The notes beneath the pieces were generated by a model that had not been told where the DNA came from, searched no databases, and saw only the letters and a list, made by a program, of their open reading frames with translations. From Elsinoe ampelina (taxonomy: Eukaryota): a stretch of 64,000 nt of DNA. The DNA is taken from NCBI GenBank assembly GCA_010093995.1, contig ML992508.1, positions 220,506-284,505 on the forward strand, given 5' to 3'. Positions 45,209 to 58,458 of the stretch are shown piece after piece (the first letter of the stretch is position 1; each line of letters opens with the position of its first letter). Position numbers and translations under genes: made by a program.

Positions 45209-46536
45209 ATGCACACTCCACTTTACCTTCTTGCGGCCTTTGCAGTTGATGCCGTGACAGCGTCAAGCCTCCCACTTGAAGCACGGCAATCACTCGGATG
45301 CAATCTCAAGCAGCTGAAAGTCTTGCAGACCAGCTTGCAAGACCCGCTGCTGTTCTGCATGTGGTGGCGTGGAAAGTCTGTAACTCCTCTCCTTCATAAT
45401 GAGAGATAGCTGACCCTGGTGTAGTAAGAGTAATCAGACACCATTCACATCGCTGAGCAAGGCACAAGTCGACAGTACCTGCAAATGTATCATCGCTGTG
45501 CCGACTTTGGGTGTCTCGTATATGGCATCTGCTCAAGTCTCCAACCCGCAGGTACAAGGCTTGTCGGACCTTCAGAACTCGGTTGCCGCTCCGTTGTCTT
45601 TCTGTAAGGTGTGGAGTAAGATGTGAGTCGTCTTCTAGAGCGCTTGGAAGAACGGGTTTGACCCTTTGTAGCTCAAAGAAGGATGCTTCGCCGTTCCGCA
45701 ACCTTAGTAGCATCGCATTGAGCCGTGTGTGCACTGCTATCTTGAAGAATCCCAAGCTGGTTGCCCCGAAAGCAAACGGTTCGAGCAGCTCATCACTGGT
45801 CACTTCGACGAAGTCATCATCGTCCAAAGTGACAATTCAGACTACCACTTCTTCCACTTCCACCACCACCACCATCACAACAGCACCAACAGACACAACG
45901 ACGAGCACATTGCCAACAAGCACCCCAAACACCAGTCCAATCTCTGCGGCTCAACTCATCAATGACCCCCTCTTTACCGCCGAGGTCCGAAACCAGACCG
46001 ATCCCAATCAGCCGTTCTTACAAGACGGCTACCATTGGGTAGGCGTTAACTACAAGACCTCGTCCGTCCAGGTCGCAAATGTCTCCAAGCCGCTGCACGC
46101 ACTCAGCCTCGACCTCAAGAAAAACAGTCTGGAGAACCTTGTCATGCTATACGAGGAGTGGCCCACTACCGAGGAAGGATACTACCTCGTCGTTGTCTAC
46201 TACGACGCCTGGTGCAATGTAGCCGAGGGCTGCTTCGTCGGGCTGATAGTGCCAGAAGACCCCAACGAGACGCGATACTTTGGGGAATTCAATAGCAACC
46301 CAATCACACCATCAACCCAGATGACAGGTTACCCCAGGAGGCAGGCGGAGATCTTCACCAGGAACACAGATCGTACGCATATTGGGTTGATGTTGGAGAC
46401 TAGCTTTTTCAACAACTACACGGGGCTTGGTGCTCAGGTCAACTTTTATAGCGCGGCGATGTATGGGCCTGTGGCGACGAAGGAGGAGGCGATGAGGATT
46501 CAGGAGATATATGGGCCGACTAGCTCTGCGGAATGA
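45209..46536 (+). CDS. Secreted protein with two Cys-containing repeats, an S/T-rich linker and an unknown C-terminal domain; 3 exons
   Basis: Signal peptide MHTPLYLLAAFAVDAVTA; 49-nt introns at 45376-45424 and 45623-45671 give a continuous frame to 46536. Confidence 0.75.
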
Positions 46537-47434
46537 GAGGAGTTGCAAGATGCTGTAGGCAGATAATTCAGCTGGTAATGTAATGTACAATCATCAAAGC
46601 GGAATTTTGCAAGGTTTGCTCGGGGCGATAGATGCTGAAGGCCCCAAGGGACCTTCTCTGTTATCTAAGGACTCCAAAAGGCATGGCGTGGCACTGTAGA
46701 ACTGTGAATGAATGGGCCTTTCCACTTGACGGCAAAATCAAGATGACGACGACCTATTGGCCAGATGGTGGTTGACATCTGTCAGGTATTGCAATGTCCA
46801 AGTTTTTTGGTTTTCTACCGAGATTTTTGAATCGTAGAACTGTCAGCATCTGGTAGGAATATTAATGCAAATACTACCAGATGTGAATGGCAAATCTGTA
46901 AGTCTGCTATTTGTACTTGGATACTAGGGTCTGGTAGTTATTATACTGTAGGTCCTACCAGAAGTGGCGTTCCTTAGAAACTGACTATGTTCCGAGTTGT
47001 GACTGAGAACCTGAAAATCTCGGTACGTTTTCTCTTCCAATTCTCGACTTCTACCTCTTGACCTCGAATATGAATCATGCAGCAATGCAAAAAGAACTTC
47101 TGTACCCCTACTACTGCTAGCATTAGCCATAGCACACTGAGCAGACTCATGTAGCTATGTGGCGCTGCTTTGAGCTCAGGCGTGCGGTGCGAGACGTGGA
47201 ATTCTGGTAGGTCATGATTGCTCGGACTGGACACTGGCTGCAGTCTGAAACAACCTTTCAATCTTCACTTCACAACCACGCCACATCTTGTACAGTGTGA
47301 CCGAAGCTCCTGCAGCCCAACACTTCTGCAAGATCGAGAACATTGATTCCTAATGAAAGCCATCGTTGCGAACCTGGACTAATCTCTGCAGTGGGGCGAC
47401 ATACGGCGATGGGTTTTCCATCCGCAACGTTGCA

Positions 47435-49388
47435 ATGGCGACCGACCAGAATGTCCACGACGAGGAGGGACAGACAATTGGTTTCTGCAACTATTGTAAG
47501 AGAAACAGAACTTCCAAAGTCCATTTCTGACGCGATGTAGTCGATCGCGGCCAGCCAGAGAGGCTCACAGTACGCGAGGTCGCCATGATCAGAAGAATGA
47601 ACGAAATCACCGATGAGACGGGCTGGCATCTCAAAATATTTGATGATGAACATCTGCAGCGCTGGCGTTCAGAATGCGATCCGATGATGAACGTTCATGC
47701 TTGGAGTTGGATCATCACCGAGCTCCGGGCTAAAGCTCGCGAGCACGACGATTCCCACCCAGTGCTTGCGTTTGATGTTGGATATCGTGTCTGCAAATCT
47801 GATGATGTTTTCGACGACTCAATCGCTCAGAATTTACGAGACTATGCCTATCGGACTAATGGGAGGAGACTTCAGGCTGACGACTTGGTCACTCACTCGC
47901 TCAATCCATGGTTGAATCCTTTTATATACGATTATACAGACATCCTTACTCATGGCGAAGTGGTTGACCTTTTGGATCCCATGTCTAGCACTGGGAAAGG
48001 CTCACCACTGCTATCACCGATTCTCGATGGGGCCTCTCGATCGGCATATGACGGATACTCAGCGCTATCCCAACTTCTCCCTTTTGAGATAACATTTGGG
48101 CAGGTCTCCGATGAGAGAGTCAGGATAGTCTCTTACATCAACGATGGAGACAAGATACTGGGGTCCGAATGCTATAAAGCTATGGAGGACATCATAGCCA
48201 AGGCTATTCAAGCATGGAACCTAGTGCTTGTACGGAGGACAGGGCCGCCAGATCATGCAGAAGGTAGAGAAAGGACTCCTCTGCGCATACGGACCTACGG
48301 CTTCACTACTGTACCGCATTGGCCACTCTTTGCCACCAGACTGCCGTTCATCACAGGTCCAGAAGATAGTAGATGGAAAGAGGCCCTCGATTGGACACAA
48401 GCCTACGTTGAGCAACCTGATCATCCTTCGAGAAACCCAGACTTGTACTGTGACTGGAGAGAAGAGTTCGAGGACCTCTCCGATTGTCATAGTGGAGTCG
48501 ACCTGTTGCGGAGCATGTCCATCAAATGGAAAGGTATGCAGCACATTGAACACCCGAATCCGGGAGTCTCATTTACCTACTACGACTGGCTTGCTGGGCG
48601 CACTGGCAAAGCCATACATTCGAAAACCAAGTACTGGCACGAAGAAGAGGCCGGTCCCGATGATGATGATCATGAATATTATGATGTCGACCTCCGAAGC
48701 GGAGGGTCTCCAGATCATTGCTCGTGTAACAAGTATCGACCTAGACTCTTCGAATCCAAAGTTCGCCGGGACCGACTGGCAAGTTGATGGCCTGGCGAAC
48801 GATCATATTGTCGGTACATTTCTTTACTGCTTTGACACATTAAACATCACGGTCCCGAAGATACCGTTCCGCCAATTTGCTCCAATAGATCTCATGCAAT
48901 ATCGGTACGACACATCAGGCATGGGACTCTCCGACCTCCAAGAGATGCTAGGCATCGATCACGAAGCAGAAGAGCATATCCCCGCCGATCAAATGCTAGG
49001 GACAATCAATTGTCCACCGGACCGAACACTAGCATGGCCCAACACGCTCCAATACAAACACGAACCTTTCGAATTGGTCGATGCCACCACTTCTGGACAC
49101 ATGCGATATCTCGTCCTCTCCTTAGTGGACCCAACGCATCGCTTGATTACTACCAGAAACCTTCCGCCCCAGCAGCATGACTGGTGGTTCCAAGAAGCAA
49201 GGCAGGCGATGAAAGGCACCGGGATTGATAAGCTGCCACAGGAACTGGTGGATCGCATCTCTGAATTGGCCCGAAAGGATGGTCACAAAGAGATCTTGGA
49301 GTTGGTGATCAAGGAGCGGGACGATGTGTGGAGGACACAGATGGAACATTTGCCATATCATAACATTGTTGATCTGTGGATGGCATGA
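47435..49388 (+). pseudogene. DUF4246-family gene with a frameshift near 48700
   Basis: RLTVREVAMIRRMNEITD..W..KIFD, then in another frame GLQIIAR...WQVDGLANDHIV...AWPNTLQY..EPFELVD...GHMRYLVLSLVDP; no intron is evident at the frame switch. Confidence 0.7.
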
Positions 49389-49735
49389 TGCGGTAGGGTA
49401 TTGGACGATCACTGAGGTTGGTGATCGTGAGCAGATCTGTAGCCCTCTTCCGCCGTATTGTAACATACCATCCTTCCTGATCGTATCAAAGCTTGCTCGA
49501 ATATTCCGTGATTGAGAATATGACAGCACAATACATCTGACTCGATAAAATTGTGCGTCACTGATAGGAAGTGATCATCAATACTGGTTGTTCTTTCGGC
49601 ATCAAAGCCCCTGCTTACCCGACCCGTCAGCCCGAAGAGCACCATCTGAAACTCCACGGCCACGCAGTCTTCGAGACCTTCGAAAGTCTCTTGAGGCTCA
49701 GAATGGATACGACAACCGCATCTAGTCCGCAAAAC

Positions 49736-50055
49736 ATGATCTACATTCCACTGCCCCACAAACCCTCCTGCAGCATCGCCGCCCAATTCATCCTCCCCGG
49801 CACAACCAGCAATGACACCATCACTCACTGCCTCACCTCATCCGACACCCTGATCGTCTTCCTCAACGGCCTCATGACCACCCTCGCATCGTGGTCTCCA
49901 GTCCTCCCCCTCCTCAGCTCCAACCTAGTGGGCCATGAGAGGAGGTCAAGGGTCCGCTGATGGTGGAAGGTGCGGGGCATTTTATACAGAAGGATAGGCC
50001 GGATGTTGTGGCGAAGGAGAATTCGGACATGCTTGAGAAGGTGCAGGCATTATGA
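49736..50055 (+). pseudogene. Alpha/beta-hydrolase remnant (N- and C-termini only)
   Basis: LIVFLNGLMTTLASW joined out of frame to KGPLMVEGAGHFIQKDRPDVVA; the catalytic-serine region is absent. Confidence 0.68.
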
Positions 50056-50066
50056 TGGAGGGTCTT

Positions 50067-51464
50067 TCAGGTGTTGTAGAAGTCTTCTGGATCGGAGGGG
50101 CTGTTGAGCCATGGATCTTCGAGCAGCTCTTTCGCAGTGGCTCTGTCTTCTGGTCTCCATTGGAGCATTCTCCTCGTGAATTTCAAGAATGCCAGCTTCT
50201 TCTCCCCATCCATGAACGATTCAAATTGCTCAAGGCTGACGTTCTTGGGGATGTCGACGATAGCTTTCCATGACCCTATCTCCGGTCAGCGAAATACCAC
50301 GCAGTGATTAGATAGAAACAAACCATTTTCATCAAAGAATTCAGAGCTGCGCTTCCCTCGCTGGAGCAGATCCAGTGGAGGTGGTCCCAACAAGCCAATG
50401 ACCTCGGCCAGGTGAGCACGAGTAGAGTAGTTATTGATGTGCGGATCATGACCATAGAACATGTGTCTTCCTTCGAAGAGGTCCCATACCTAGTCCTGTC
50501 AGCGCAAAAATCTCGCAACGGGTGCATTGTACTCACCATCACGCCTACATTCCAGATGTCGATTGGATAAGACCATGGAATCCGTAGCATGACTTCTGGG
50601 GAACGATACACATCTGGCTGAGCATCATAATCCTGCAGGTGCTTGCCGTCCACTGCGGATCCGAAATCACTCAGGACGGCAATACCGAACTCTTTCGGCA
50701 AGTCCAGTCGCCTCGATACAAACACCAGCTTGCCATCGACAAGCTTCCTCGGGGATGGCTGAGCTAATTCGGCCTTGACGAAATTCTCCAGTACGGACTT
50801 GTCCTCGATGCTTTGCAGTATGTTGTCGGCTTTGATGTCAGTATGGATGATGTTGCAGGATCCATGCAGGTAGTCCAGAGCACGGAAGACGTGAGTAAGA
50901 CCTGCTTTCAGCAGCGCCGGTGTGAACCGACGTGAAGCATTGCGAAATAAGAGCTCTCTATAACTCTCCCACATAGGTTTGAGGACGAGGCATTGATGCG
51001 AGACTGGTCCTCGGTGGATCGTGAAGACGTTCTGGGCGTGACGCACATGTATATACCCAGCATGATCTGGATCAGTGTCGCGAAGTCTCTCCAAGATCTT
51101 CATCTCGTCTTTGTTGGCACCATCCCGAGTGTATACTTTGATGGTGACTCGGTCACGATCGCTGCGATCTGGTCAGCCACGGAGACGTGAGCAGCCAGAC
51201 ATTGCGAGAGACCAACACCAGGTCTTGTGCCAGCCAGACCGTCGAAGTACTACCAAACCCAAGCTTCCCGAGAACACGGTACCGTTCGTTCATTAGCTGA
51301 CCTATCTCGACAGGATAGTATTGGTTCTTGCGAAAGTGGTCGAACTCATCCTCCTCCGTGATAGGGCGGTCGGGTACTGTACAGCATGCTTTGATCCAGA
51401 CACATGGATTCAAGCTACGGCGACGAAATAGCAGAGATCGAAATGCGTGTCGTGAGGCCTGCAT
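50067..51464 (-). CDS. SRPK-like (CMGC) serine/threonine protein kinase, multi-exon
   Basis: YYPVEIG...YRVLGKLGFGSTSTVWLAQDL, VTIKV, IIHTDIKADNIL, LSDFGSA, YRSPEV, IDIWNVG, MLQWRPEDRATAKELLEDPWL. Confidence 0.9.
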
Positions 51465-51790
51465 TGCCCATCAAGTCCTCAGCCAAACCATGTGCTGTCA
51501 CAATTCGAATGCCGTTCGCTGGGACATGCGACCTACTTCCCAGAACCTTCTGCTGTCATTACCAAGAGCATCATTCTTCTTGATAAGCTCAAATAGAAAG
51601 AGCGATGATCCTGTCCCGACTTGTTCCCGTCACCTGTTGTTGTATCATTGTCGAGAGACAAAAGAGGTGGGTGGCGGATGTGGGGCTTCACAACTTTCTC
51701 CTTGCCTTCAGGCAATAATGTTCTCTTCTCCAAACACATCAACATGAGTGTCCGTTCTGAACTGTATGACCAAATATTCTGGCATCAACG

Positions 51791-54700
51791 ATGGATAATG
51801 ATGGCGACGATGACCTACGGCTGATCAAAGCCTCTGCACAATTGTTGTTGGACATCGAACGTGCCATTCCACGCATCTTCTGGAAGAACACAGGCACTCC
51901 GATACAGACCGCGCACCGGTACGTGAGATTGAAGGATTTGGATCGATTAACCACCTTGGTGAGCGAGTCGAGAATAGCCATGTTCAGGACTGACGTTGTA
52001 GATCGAACCGTTCCAAGGAGAACCTCAGCTGCTCGATGCGAAACTCAAGTCGTTCCTCCCACCAGTCGTCGAAGCATTCCTTCAGTCTCTGTCCAATGAA
52101 CGAGTCTTGCCCCGACGTCCGGACTGTGTTCAGCTGCGAATTGCAGCGTCCAGAATATTGTACACATTCTGCAAAGTCCGCGGAGAAAAGATTGTCGCTG
52201 GCTTCCTCAACAACGAGCCACGGCATCTCGACACCATACTTGGGGCCTTGGAGAAGGCTACGCTACAAGCTGATGGCTCGGATGGATCTTGGCATCTATC
52301 ATACGTACTTCTTCTCTGGCTACGGCATCTACTTCTCGCTCCGTTCGATCTGAAGACTGTCTCGTTGGCGGGAGCCAAGGATATCGAGTCAATCAGCGAC
52401 TTGGCTCTGCCAGCAAATTGTCCAGAAGTAACCAAGCGTATACTGATTCAAGCCAAATCCTACCTGCAATCTCTTACCCGCGAACAAGATGCGGCGGCGA
52501 AGATGTTGGTGCGCCTGCTGTGCAGACCAGACATGCGGAAACTGGGGCTACACCGTCTCTACGTGACGTTTGCCTGCAAAAGAGTGCTGTCGGCAGTCCG
52601 CAGTGGTCGAGCAGAGGATGAGCTGGGGCGCTTCAAGTTCTTAGTCAGTATGGCAGCGAATCTCGATTGGCACGTTGAGCGAGACATGATCGTCAACATC
52701 GCGGAATGGAGCCTGACATTGCACGAAGCACTCATGGAAGGCCAATCGGGGCAGTCAGCGGTCTTGCGAAAGCTGTTCATCAAGTTGAGTCGGAACATCG
52801 CCAGTGCTAAGCTGAAGTCAACCAAGGACCCTGACGGCGACGACATTCTCGAGAGCACGGCCGACTGTCTGCTCGTGGCTTTGTCTGATCGCGATACACA
52901 GGTCAGATCAACAGCTGCAAAGGCCATCGGTCGATTCATATCGGAGCTGGACAAAGACTTTGCTGGTCAATTGATTATGGCCATACTGCAAGAGTTCGAA
53001 CCGGCGCTTGGAAATGCGCACCTCTCCACAGCTGATGTCAACCAGTGGCATGGATTCACTCTGGCCATAGCCTATCTACTATTCCAAAGGTCGTTCGAGC
53101 CAAATTCACTACACAGTACTATTAGTATCTTGGTCCAAGCACTAAACTTTGAAAAGAGGTCAGGGTCTGGGAGTACAGAAGGCATCAATGTTCGAGACGC
53201 AGCCTGCTTTGCCATTTGGTCCATGTCTAGGAGATACACGACTGCAGAGCTGGAAGGTGCCAACATACAAGACTCGATCAAGTTCACACGTTTATCGTCA
53301 CACGAAAGTCTGTCAACCATCCAGTTCCTTGCGGTCCAACTTCTATGCTCGAGCTGTCTGGATCCAAGCGGCAATGTCAGGCGTGGATGTTCTGCTGCTT
53401 TACAAGAGCTGGTCGGGAGACATCCTGACAAAGTCCCGCATGGTATCGCGCTTGTACAGATCATCGACTATCAAGCTGTCGGCCTCAGACGGAGAGCCCT
53501 GACGGATCTTGTGCTACAGACTGCAGAATTGCAGGACATCTACTGGGATGCGCTTCTGATCGAGCTTCAGGGATGGCGAGGTCTGGGATCGCTCGACATA
53601 TCCTCTCGAGAATCCGCTGCCGAATCTGTTGGCCGGCTCGTCACAAAGAAGCCGAACCATCTTGTTAGAGTTGCCGACAACCTGTGGCCAATCGCTTTTC
53701 CAGGTCGTGCTATTGAGAGGCAGGATAGAGATCCGGTCAGGCGCTTGCAGCATGGTGGGCTACTGGCTCTCGCTGAAATAGCCGCCGGACTGTCACAACT
53801 TGCTGGTTCAAATGTAAAACGCAGCCCTCAGACTTCAACATCCAATAATGCAAGTGTCACGCCGAATGGACGTGATCCTGGCAGAAGGCTTCTTGAGAGT
53901 TGGCACGAGCATATCAAGCACGACGACTTCTTCCCGCTAAGTTCTGGGCAGCGCATGGACACTTCAGGCATCAATGCGGATGTACCAGCTGGAATCGCGA
54001 GGCTGTTGACACAGATGATTCAGCTTGACACGCTGATGATGACGATGCAAGATGTACCGACAGCCTCAGCTGGGAGCTTTGGGGTTCCGATCGTCGGTCC
54101 TGTTCAAGGACTGCTACTTCACTCGGAGAAGTCTCTCCTCAAAACCATACCCGACTTAGGTATCGCCATACTGTCATCTACACATGTGCTATCGGCCAAT
54201 ACGCTCCAACCACAGAACATGATCCAGCTTCTAGAAGAGTCAGCATCACGACAAGCTGTATCTTGTGGCGCTGCGGCCTACGCACTTGGAGCGATGATTC
54301 CATTCTACAGCCGACTTCCTGGTTCGGAGACCTGGCAGGTCTTGCTTGCACCGTTACTTGAGTTGACTTCAAACTCGGTCATCGAATGGAGAGTATTGGC
54401 TCTCCGAGCGATCCTAGTCACGCTAGAAACGGCCAGCAGATTTGGGACGGGTGATGCCGGACAACCAGCTCAGACAATATCGACCAATCCACTGACAGCA
54501 TCAAGAGATGGCCCAACCTTTGTGACACTTGATCCTCTAGTTCTCACGTCTGCTATCACGGACGCACTAGATGCTGGCTTGAACGACTACACAATCAACG
54601 AGCGTGGAGACATTGGATCTCTCGCCCGCCTCCAAGCTCTACACTGCGCTCATCACATCTACACCCGTCGCATGATTACCCCAGAAAGCCATGAGGATCA

Positions 54701-55430
54701 TCATCTTGCAGCCAGTATTCTCCGCCTCTCGCTCGAAAAGCTCGACCGCGTCCGCCTTCTAGCCGGCCAAGTGTGGCAAGTCCGAACAGATCCCTCCAAT
54801 TCAGTTCCTCTCACGTTGCCCGACGTATCATCCCAATCCCACTTCCATTCTTCCTTCCTCCCCCTCCTCAACCCCGAAAACCCATCCTGGACCTCCGCAG
54901 CCCTCATCCGCGGTCTCGCCTCGGCCTCCTCCGGCGCAGAACCCCTCGTCCAAGCTTCCCGCTCCGCTTTCCAGGACATCATCCTCTCCTCCACCCCTGC
55001 TTCGGCAGAGCACATCCTCACCGCCCTCTCCTCCTCGCTAGCATGGCACCTCACCACCTCGACCAACCCAGAACCGCTCCTGACTCTTCTGGCCTTCGCC
55101 CTCGACTCCACCCCTCTCATCCCCCTCTGCCCTTCCTTCGCCTGGCGCATCCTCCTCTCGCGCGTCCAGAAAGCCCACTTCAAATCTAGCATCTCGTCTA
55201 AACTCCTCGCTGCGGTGGAGGTATATCGGTCTCTTGCGAGGGTAGAGAGTATCAGGGAGGAGGTGATCAAGAAGTTGGTGGGGATGGCGAAGGGGAACCC
55301 GGTGGGGAGGGTACGGTATGCGGCTGCGGAGGTGTTGTGGGTTGTTACGGGGAGGGAGGGGTTGAGAGGGGTGGATTGGATGGGGACGAAGGGCAGGGAG
55401 GTGGAGGGGGGACTGGAGGGGTTGGTGTGA
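51791..55430 (+). CDS. Tubulin-folding cofactor D (TBCD/Alp1/Cin1 homolog)
   Basis: IEPFQGEPQLLD, LYTFCKVRGEKIV.FL, LLLWL.HLLLAPFDL, NVRDAACFAIW, NVRRGCSAALQELVGR, DYTINERGDIGS, EKLDRVR; intron ~51959-52001. Confidence 0.92.
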
Positions 55431-55952
55431 GCTGAACGCGGAATCGGGAGTTGATGAGAGGGAAGTCAGAGAATGTGGAATGTGAAATGTGAAGTGCGGA
55501 TGGGAAGATGTGAGATTCGTGAAAATTTGAACGGATGTGAATCTCAAGGATCTTGCAAACTCTACAAGTGTAAGGCGGATGAAGCGGGTGAGGCGTGTGA
55601 GATCTGTGAGATAGGATTGATTATGCACTATCGGCGGGGGAAGCACATGGTTGCCACGTGGCGAGCATCTCGATGTCATGTGGGGACCATTCCATCGGGT
55701 TCACATACGAAGTCTTCAATGTAGAGGACAGACGGTCAGGTTATGGACATGTGAGATGGTATTACAGCATATATCTTACAGTCTCTTCCAATTACCCATG
55801 CTCCCTTATTAATAAGAACGCCCTCCGTGCCTTGCTCATAAATCATGATCATACCCATCCTCATCCTCAATCTTCTCTCCCTGTGCTCCCATCCCTGTCC
55901 TCCTCTTCCCATCGTCTTCCTCTCATGCTACTCCGCCCATCACCTCCACCAC

Positions 55953-57731
55953 TCAAGGCTTATCCGCGAACCTACTCTTCTCCCTCAACTGCCTCCCAAA
56001 GAAATACAATCCCAACACCCCAAAACACCCCGCCACCATCAATCCCCCCAGAATGCTCACCCCCCTCCCAATCCCCAAATTCTGATACATCGGGTGCGCA
56101 TAAATAATACTCCCCGAGGCCATCGCGGACCTCAACGCATCATTCATGGCGAACAAACTCGCGGCATACTTCGGGTACGTAAGCGGCAAATACATGAAAA
56201 TACACTGAAAGAGAACAAAAGCCCCGAAACCAAAAAAGACCAGCCCGACGATGCTGACGGCCCAATGGGTATCCTCCTCGACCGTCCAGCCGAACCAAAA
56301 CAGCGACATGGGCAGCAGCCACACCGAGAACAAAGCCGGGACGAGGCGGTGTTCTTGCTGCCGGGGGCCGCGCTTGCGCATGTCTGGCTCGAGGTAGAAC
56401 CATTGGTATGCGACGTAGGTGGCGATGCCGAGGAGGGCGCCCGGGATGATGGTCGCGGTGTAGACGATGGAGAGCTCGCCCGTGTTGAAGCCGTAGACGC
56501 CCATGTATGAGAGCGGGAAGGCTTCGAAGAAGGAGTAGTACGTGCCGTAGATGAGGGAGGTGTAGAGGTTTGTGAATAGCACGGCGGGGTCTTTGAGAGT
56601 GATGACGAAGGGGACGGTGAGGGCTTCGTACATGGTTGTGGAGAACTTCTTGTTGGCGGCGGCGATTTCGGATGCCGCCAGGTAGGAGGGGTTGGAGGTG
56701 AGACGGCGGAGACGTTGGGCGCGGCGGAGCAGGATGTTGTCTGCTGAGGTCTCGGGCATGGTGAAGAACCACATTAGCCAGACGGGCGCGGACATGATGA
56801 GGATTTCCCAGAAGGCCCAGCGCCAGCCGAGGACGGGGACGGCGAAGCCGGAGAGGAGGGGGCCGATGGCGGGGGCACAGAAGGCGGCGGCCACCCAGGC
56901 GGTGAGGCCGTAGGGGAGCTTGAGCAGGCTGTACATGTCTTGGATGGTGGCGCCGCCGGTGGCGAGGCAGGGGGAGCCCATGAAGCCGGTGAGGAAGCGG
57001 AGGACGAGGAGGCCGGGGTAATTGTCGACTAGTGCGGTGGGGACGGAGAGGATGACGAAAAGGGCGAAGCTTATCACGTATGGGATGTTGCGGCCGAAGA
57101 AGGGGATCTCGCTCATGGGGGAGAAGAGGAGAGGACCGAGACCATATCCGACGACGTACAGCGACAAAATGGCGGAGCCTTGGGCGTATGAGAGGTTGAA
57201 TTTGGCCATGACCTGATCTTGTGCTGTGACGTAGATGGCCGATGAGGCGTAGACTGTAAGCGTGTAGAGGAAAAGGACAAAGGCTACCCAGACTTTCTTG
57301 CCTGATGACCAGTTTTGTGGGTTGGCCTGGTCGTCGGTGCTGTACCAGTCAACCAGGATAGCGCCGTCTGCCGTCTTCTGTGGGACAATGATATTGCTCT
57401 GAGGTCTCTCGAGAGACAGTTGCCGTTCGACATCGAAGCGCTCGCTAGAGTATGGTACTGTAGCTTCTCTTGACTTTGTTCGGCTAAGAGTTGCTTCTGG
57501 GAGGTGCGGTAGGTCATTCTGAGTCTTGATGCGGGTGATCGATTCGTCGGATGTGGTTGAAGCGTGCTCGTCCGCCAGATCTTGTGCGTTGACCGTCTTC
57601 TCGCCATTGGCCAGTGCCACCTGCCATGGTAATTCGAAACCTTCTTGCTCCTCCTCATACTTGAAGTACTTGTTCTTGGTTGCCCAGCGGACAGCTTGCC
57701 CGAACGGGGCTTCTCTGACGAGGTCATACAT
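55953..57731 (-). CDS. MFS drug:H+ antiporter, DHA1 family (Flr1/Caf5/Mdr1-like)
   Basis: VDWYSTDDQANPQNWS, GPLLFSPMSEIPFFGRN, LRFLTGFMGSPCLATGGA, PETSADNILLRRA; about 12 TMs. Confidence 0.93.
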   Translation of the reverse strand: MYDLVREAPFGQAVRWATKNKYFKYEEEQEGFELPWQVALANGEKTVNAQDLADEHASTTSDESITRIKTQNDLPHLPEATLSRTKSREATVPYSSERFDVERQLSLERPQSNIIVPQKTADGAILVDWYSTDDQANPQNWSSGKKVWVAFVLFLYTLTVYASSAIYVTAQDQVMAKFNLSYAQGSAILSLYVVGYGLGPLLFSPMSEIPFFGRNIPYVISFALFVILSVPTALVDNYPGLLVLRFLTGFMGSPCLATGGATIQDMYSLLKLPYGLTAWVAAAFCAPAIGPLLSGFAVPVLGWRWAFWEILIMSAPVWLMWFFTMPETSADNILLRRAQRLRRLTSNPSYLAASEIAAANKKFSTTMYEALTVPFVITLKDPAVLFTNLYTSLIYGTYYSFFEAFPLSYMGVYGFNTGELSIVYTATIIPGALLGIATYVAYQWFYLEPDMRKRGPRQQEHRLVPALFSVWLLPMSLFWFGWTVEEDTHWAVSIVGLVFFGFGAFVLFQCIFMYLPLTYPKYAASLFAMNDALRSAMASGSIIYAHPMYQNLGIGRGVSILGGLMVAGCFGVLGLYFFGRQLREKSRFADKP

Positions 57732-58458
57732 CTGGATGTACTGAGCAGATTAAAAGCTAGAACGCTTCGGGGTTGTAGGTTTCCGAGGCCAAACAGGGGT
57801 CGAGATGTTGATCGTGCTCGGTATTGGTGTAGCAGCAAGAAGAGGACTGAGGATGGTCGTGGACTGTGAAGAAGTTGTTTCTTTGTAGTTGTAGATGGGT
57901 CTTGAATGAGAATGACAATGTTTTCGACAGATGGAATGAGCGTGCTTGATATAGACCGCAGAATTACTCACCAGGGCAATACTATACCTGCTGCACGAGT
58001 GTATAAGCATGTGACATTTCTAAGCTCTGGGCACGCTGGGATGGAGTTTAGGACCAAACGTGTGGGTCAAGGGTTCATAGTTCACCGTTCATGGTGCGGA
58101 GTTTTTACAAAGCAGATGTCTCGTTTGCCCGGTGATCGTCGTCGAGAACGACTCGGTGCCGTAGGAGCACATGGCGATAAGGTGGAGGCAAGAAAGAGCA
58201 GGGATGAATTCCTCCGGGCAGTTTTGTCATCTTGCCGCTCGAAAAGGGAAAAGTCGAACAGGCAGCCAATCAGCATCACTGTCGAACCCCCCAAAGTGGT
58301 ATAGTACGATCCGGCTTAACTCCAGCCATCTGACGTATTTCTCCTTCTGTCAGCAATCTCGAGTCTGTTGAGTAAACACCAGATAGGTGACTTGATTGTA
58401 TACTACATCGTTCAGTAAACGCATTTGCAAGTTGAGCTCGTAAGCAATCCCAGGCAAC

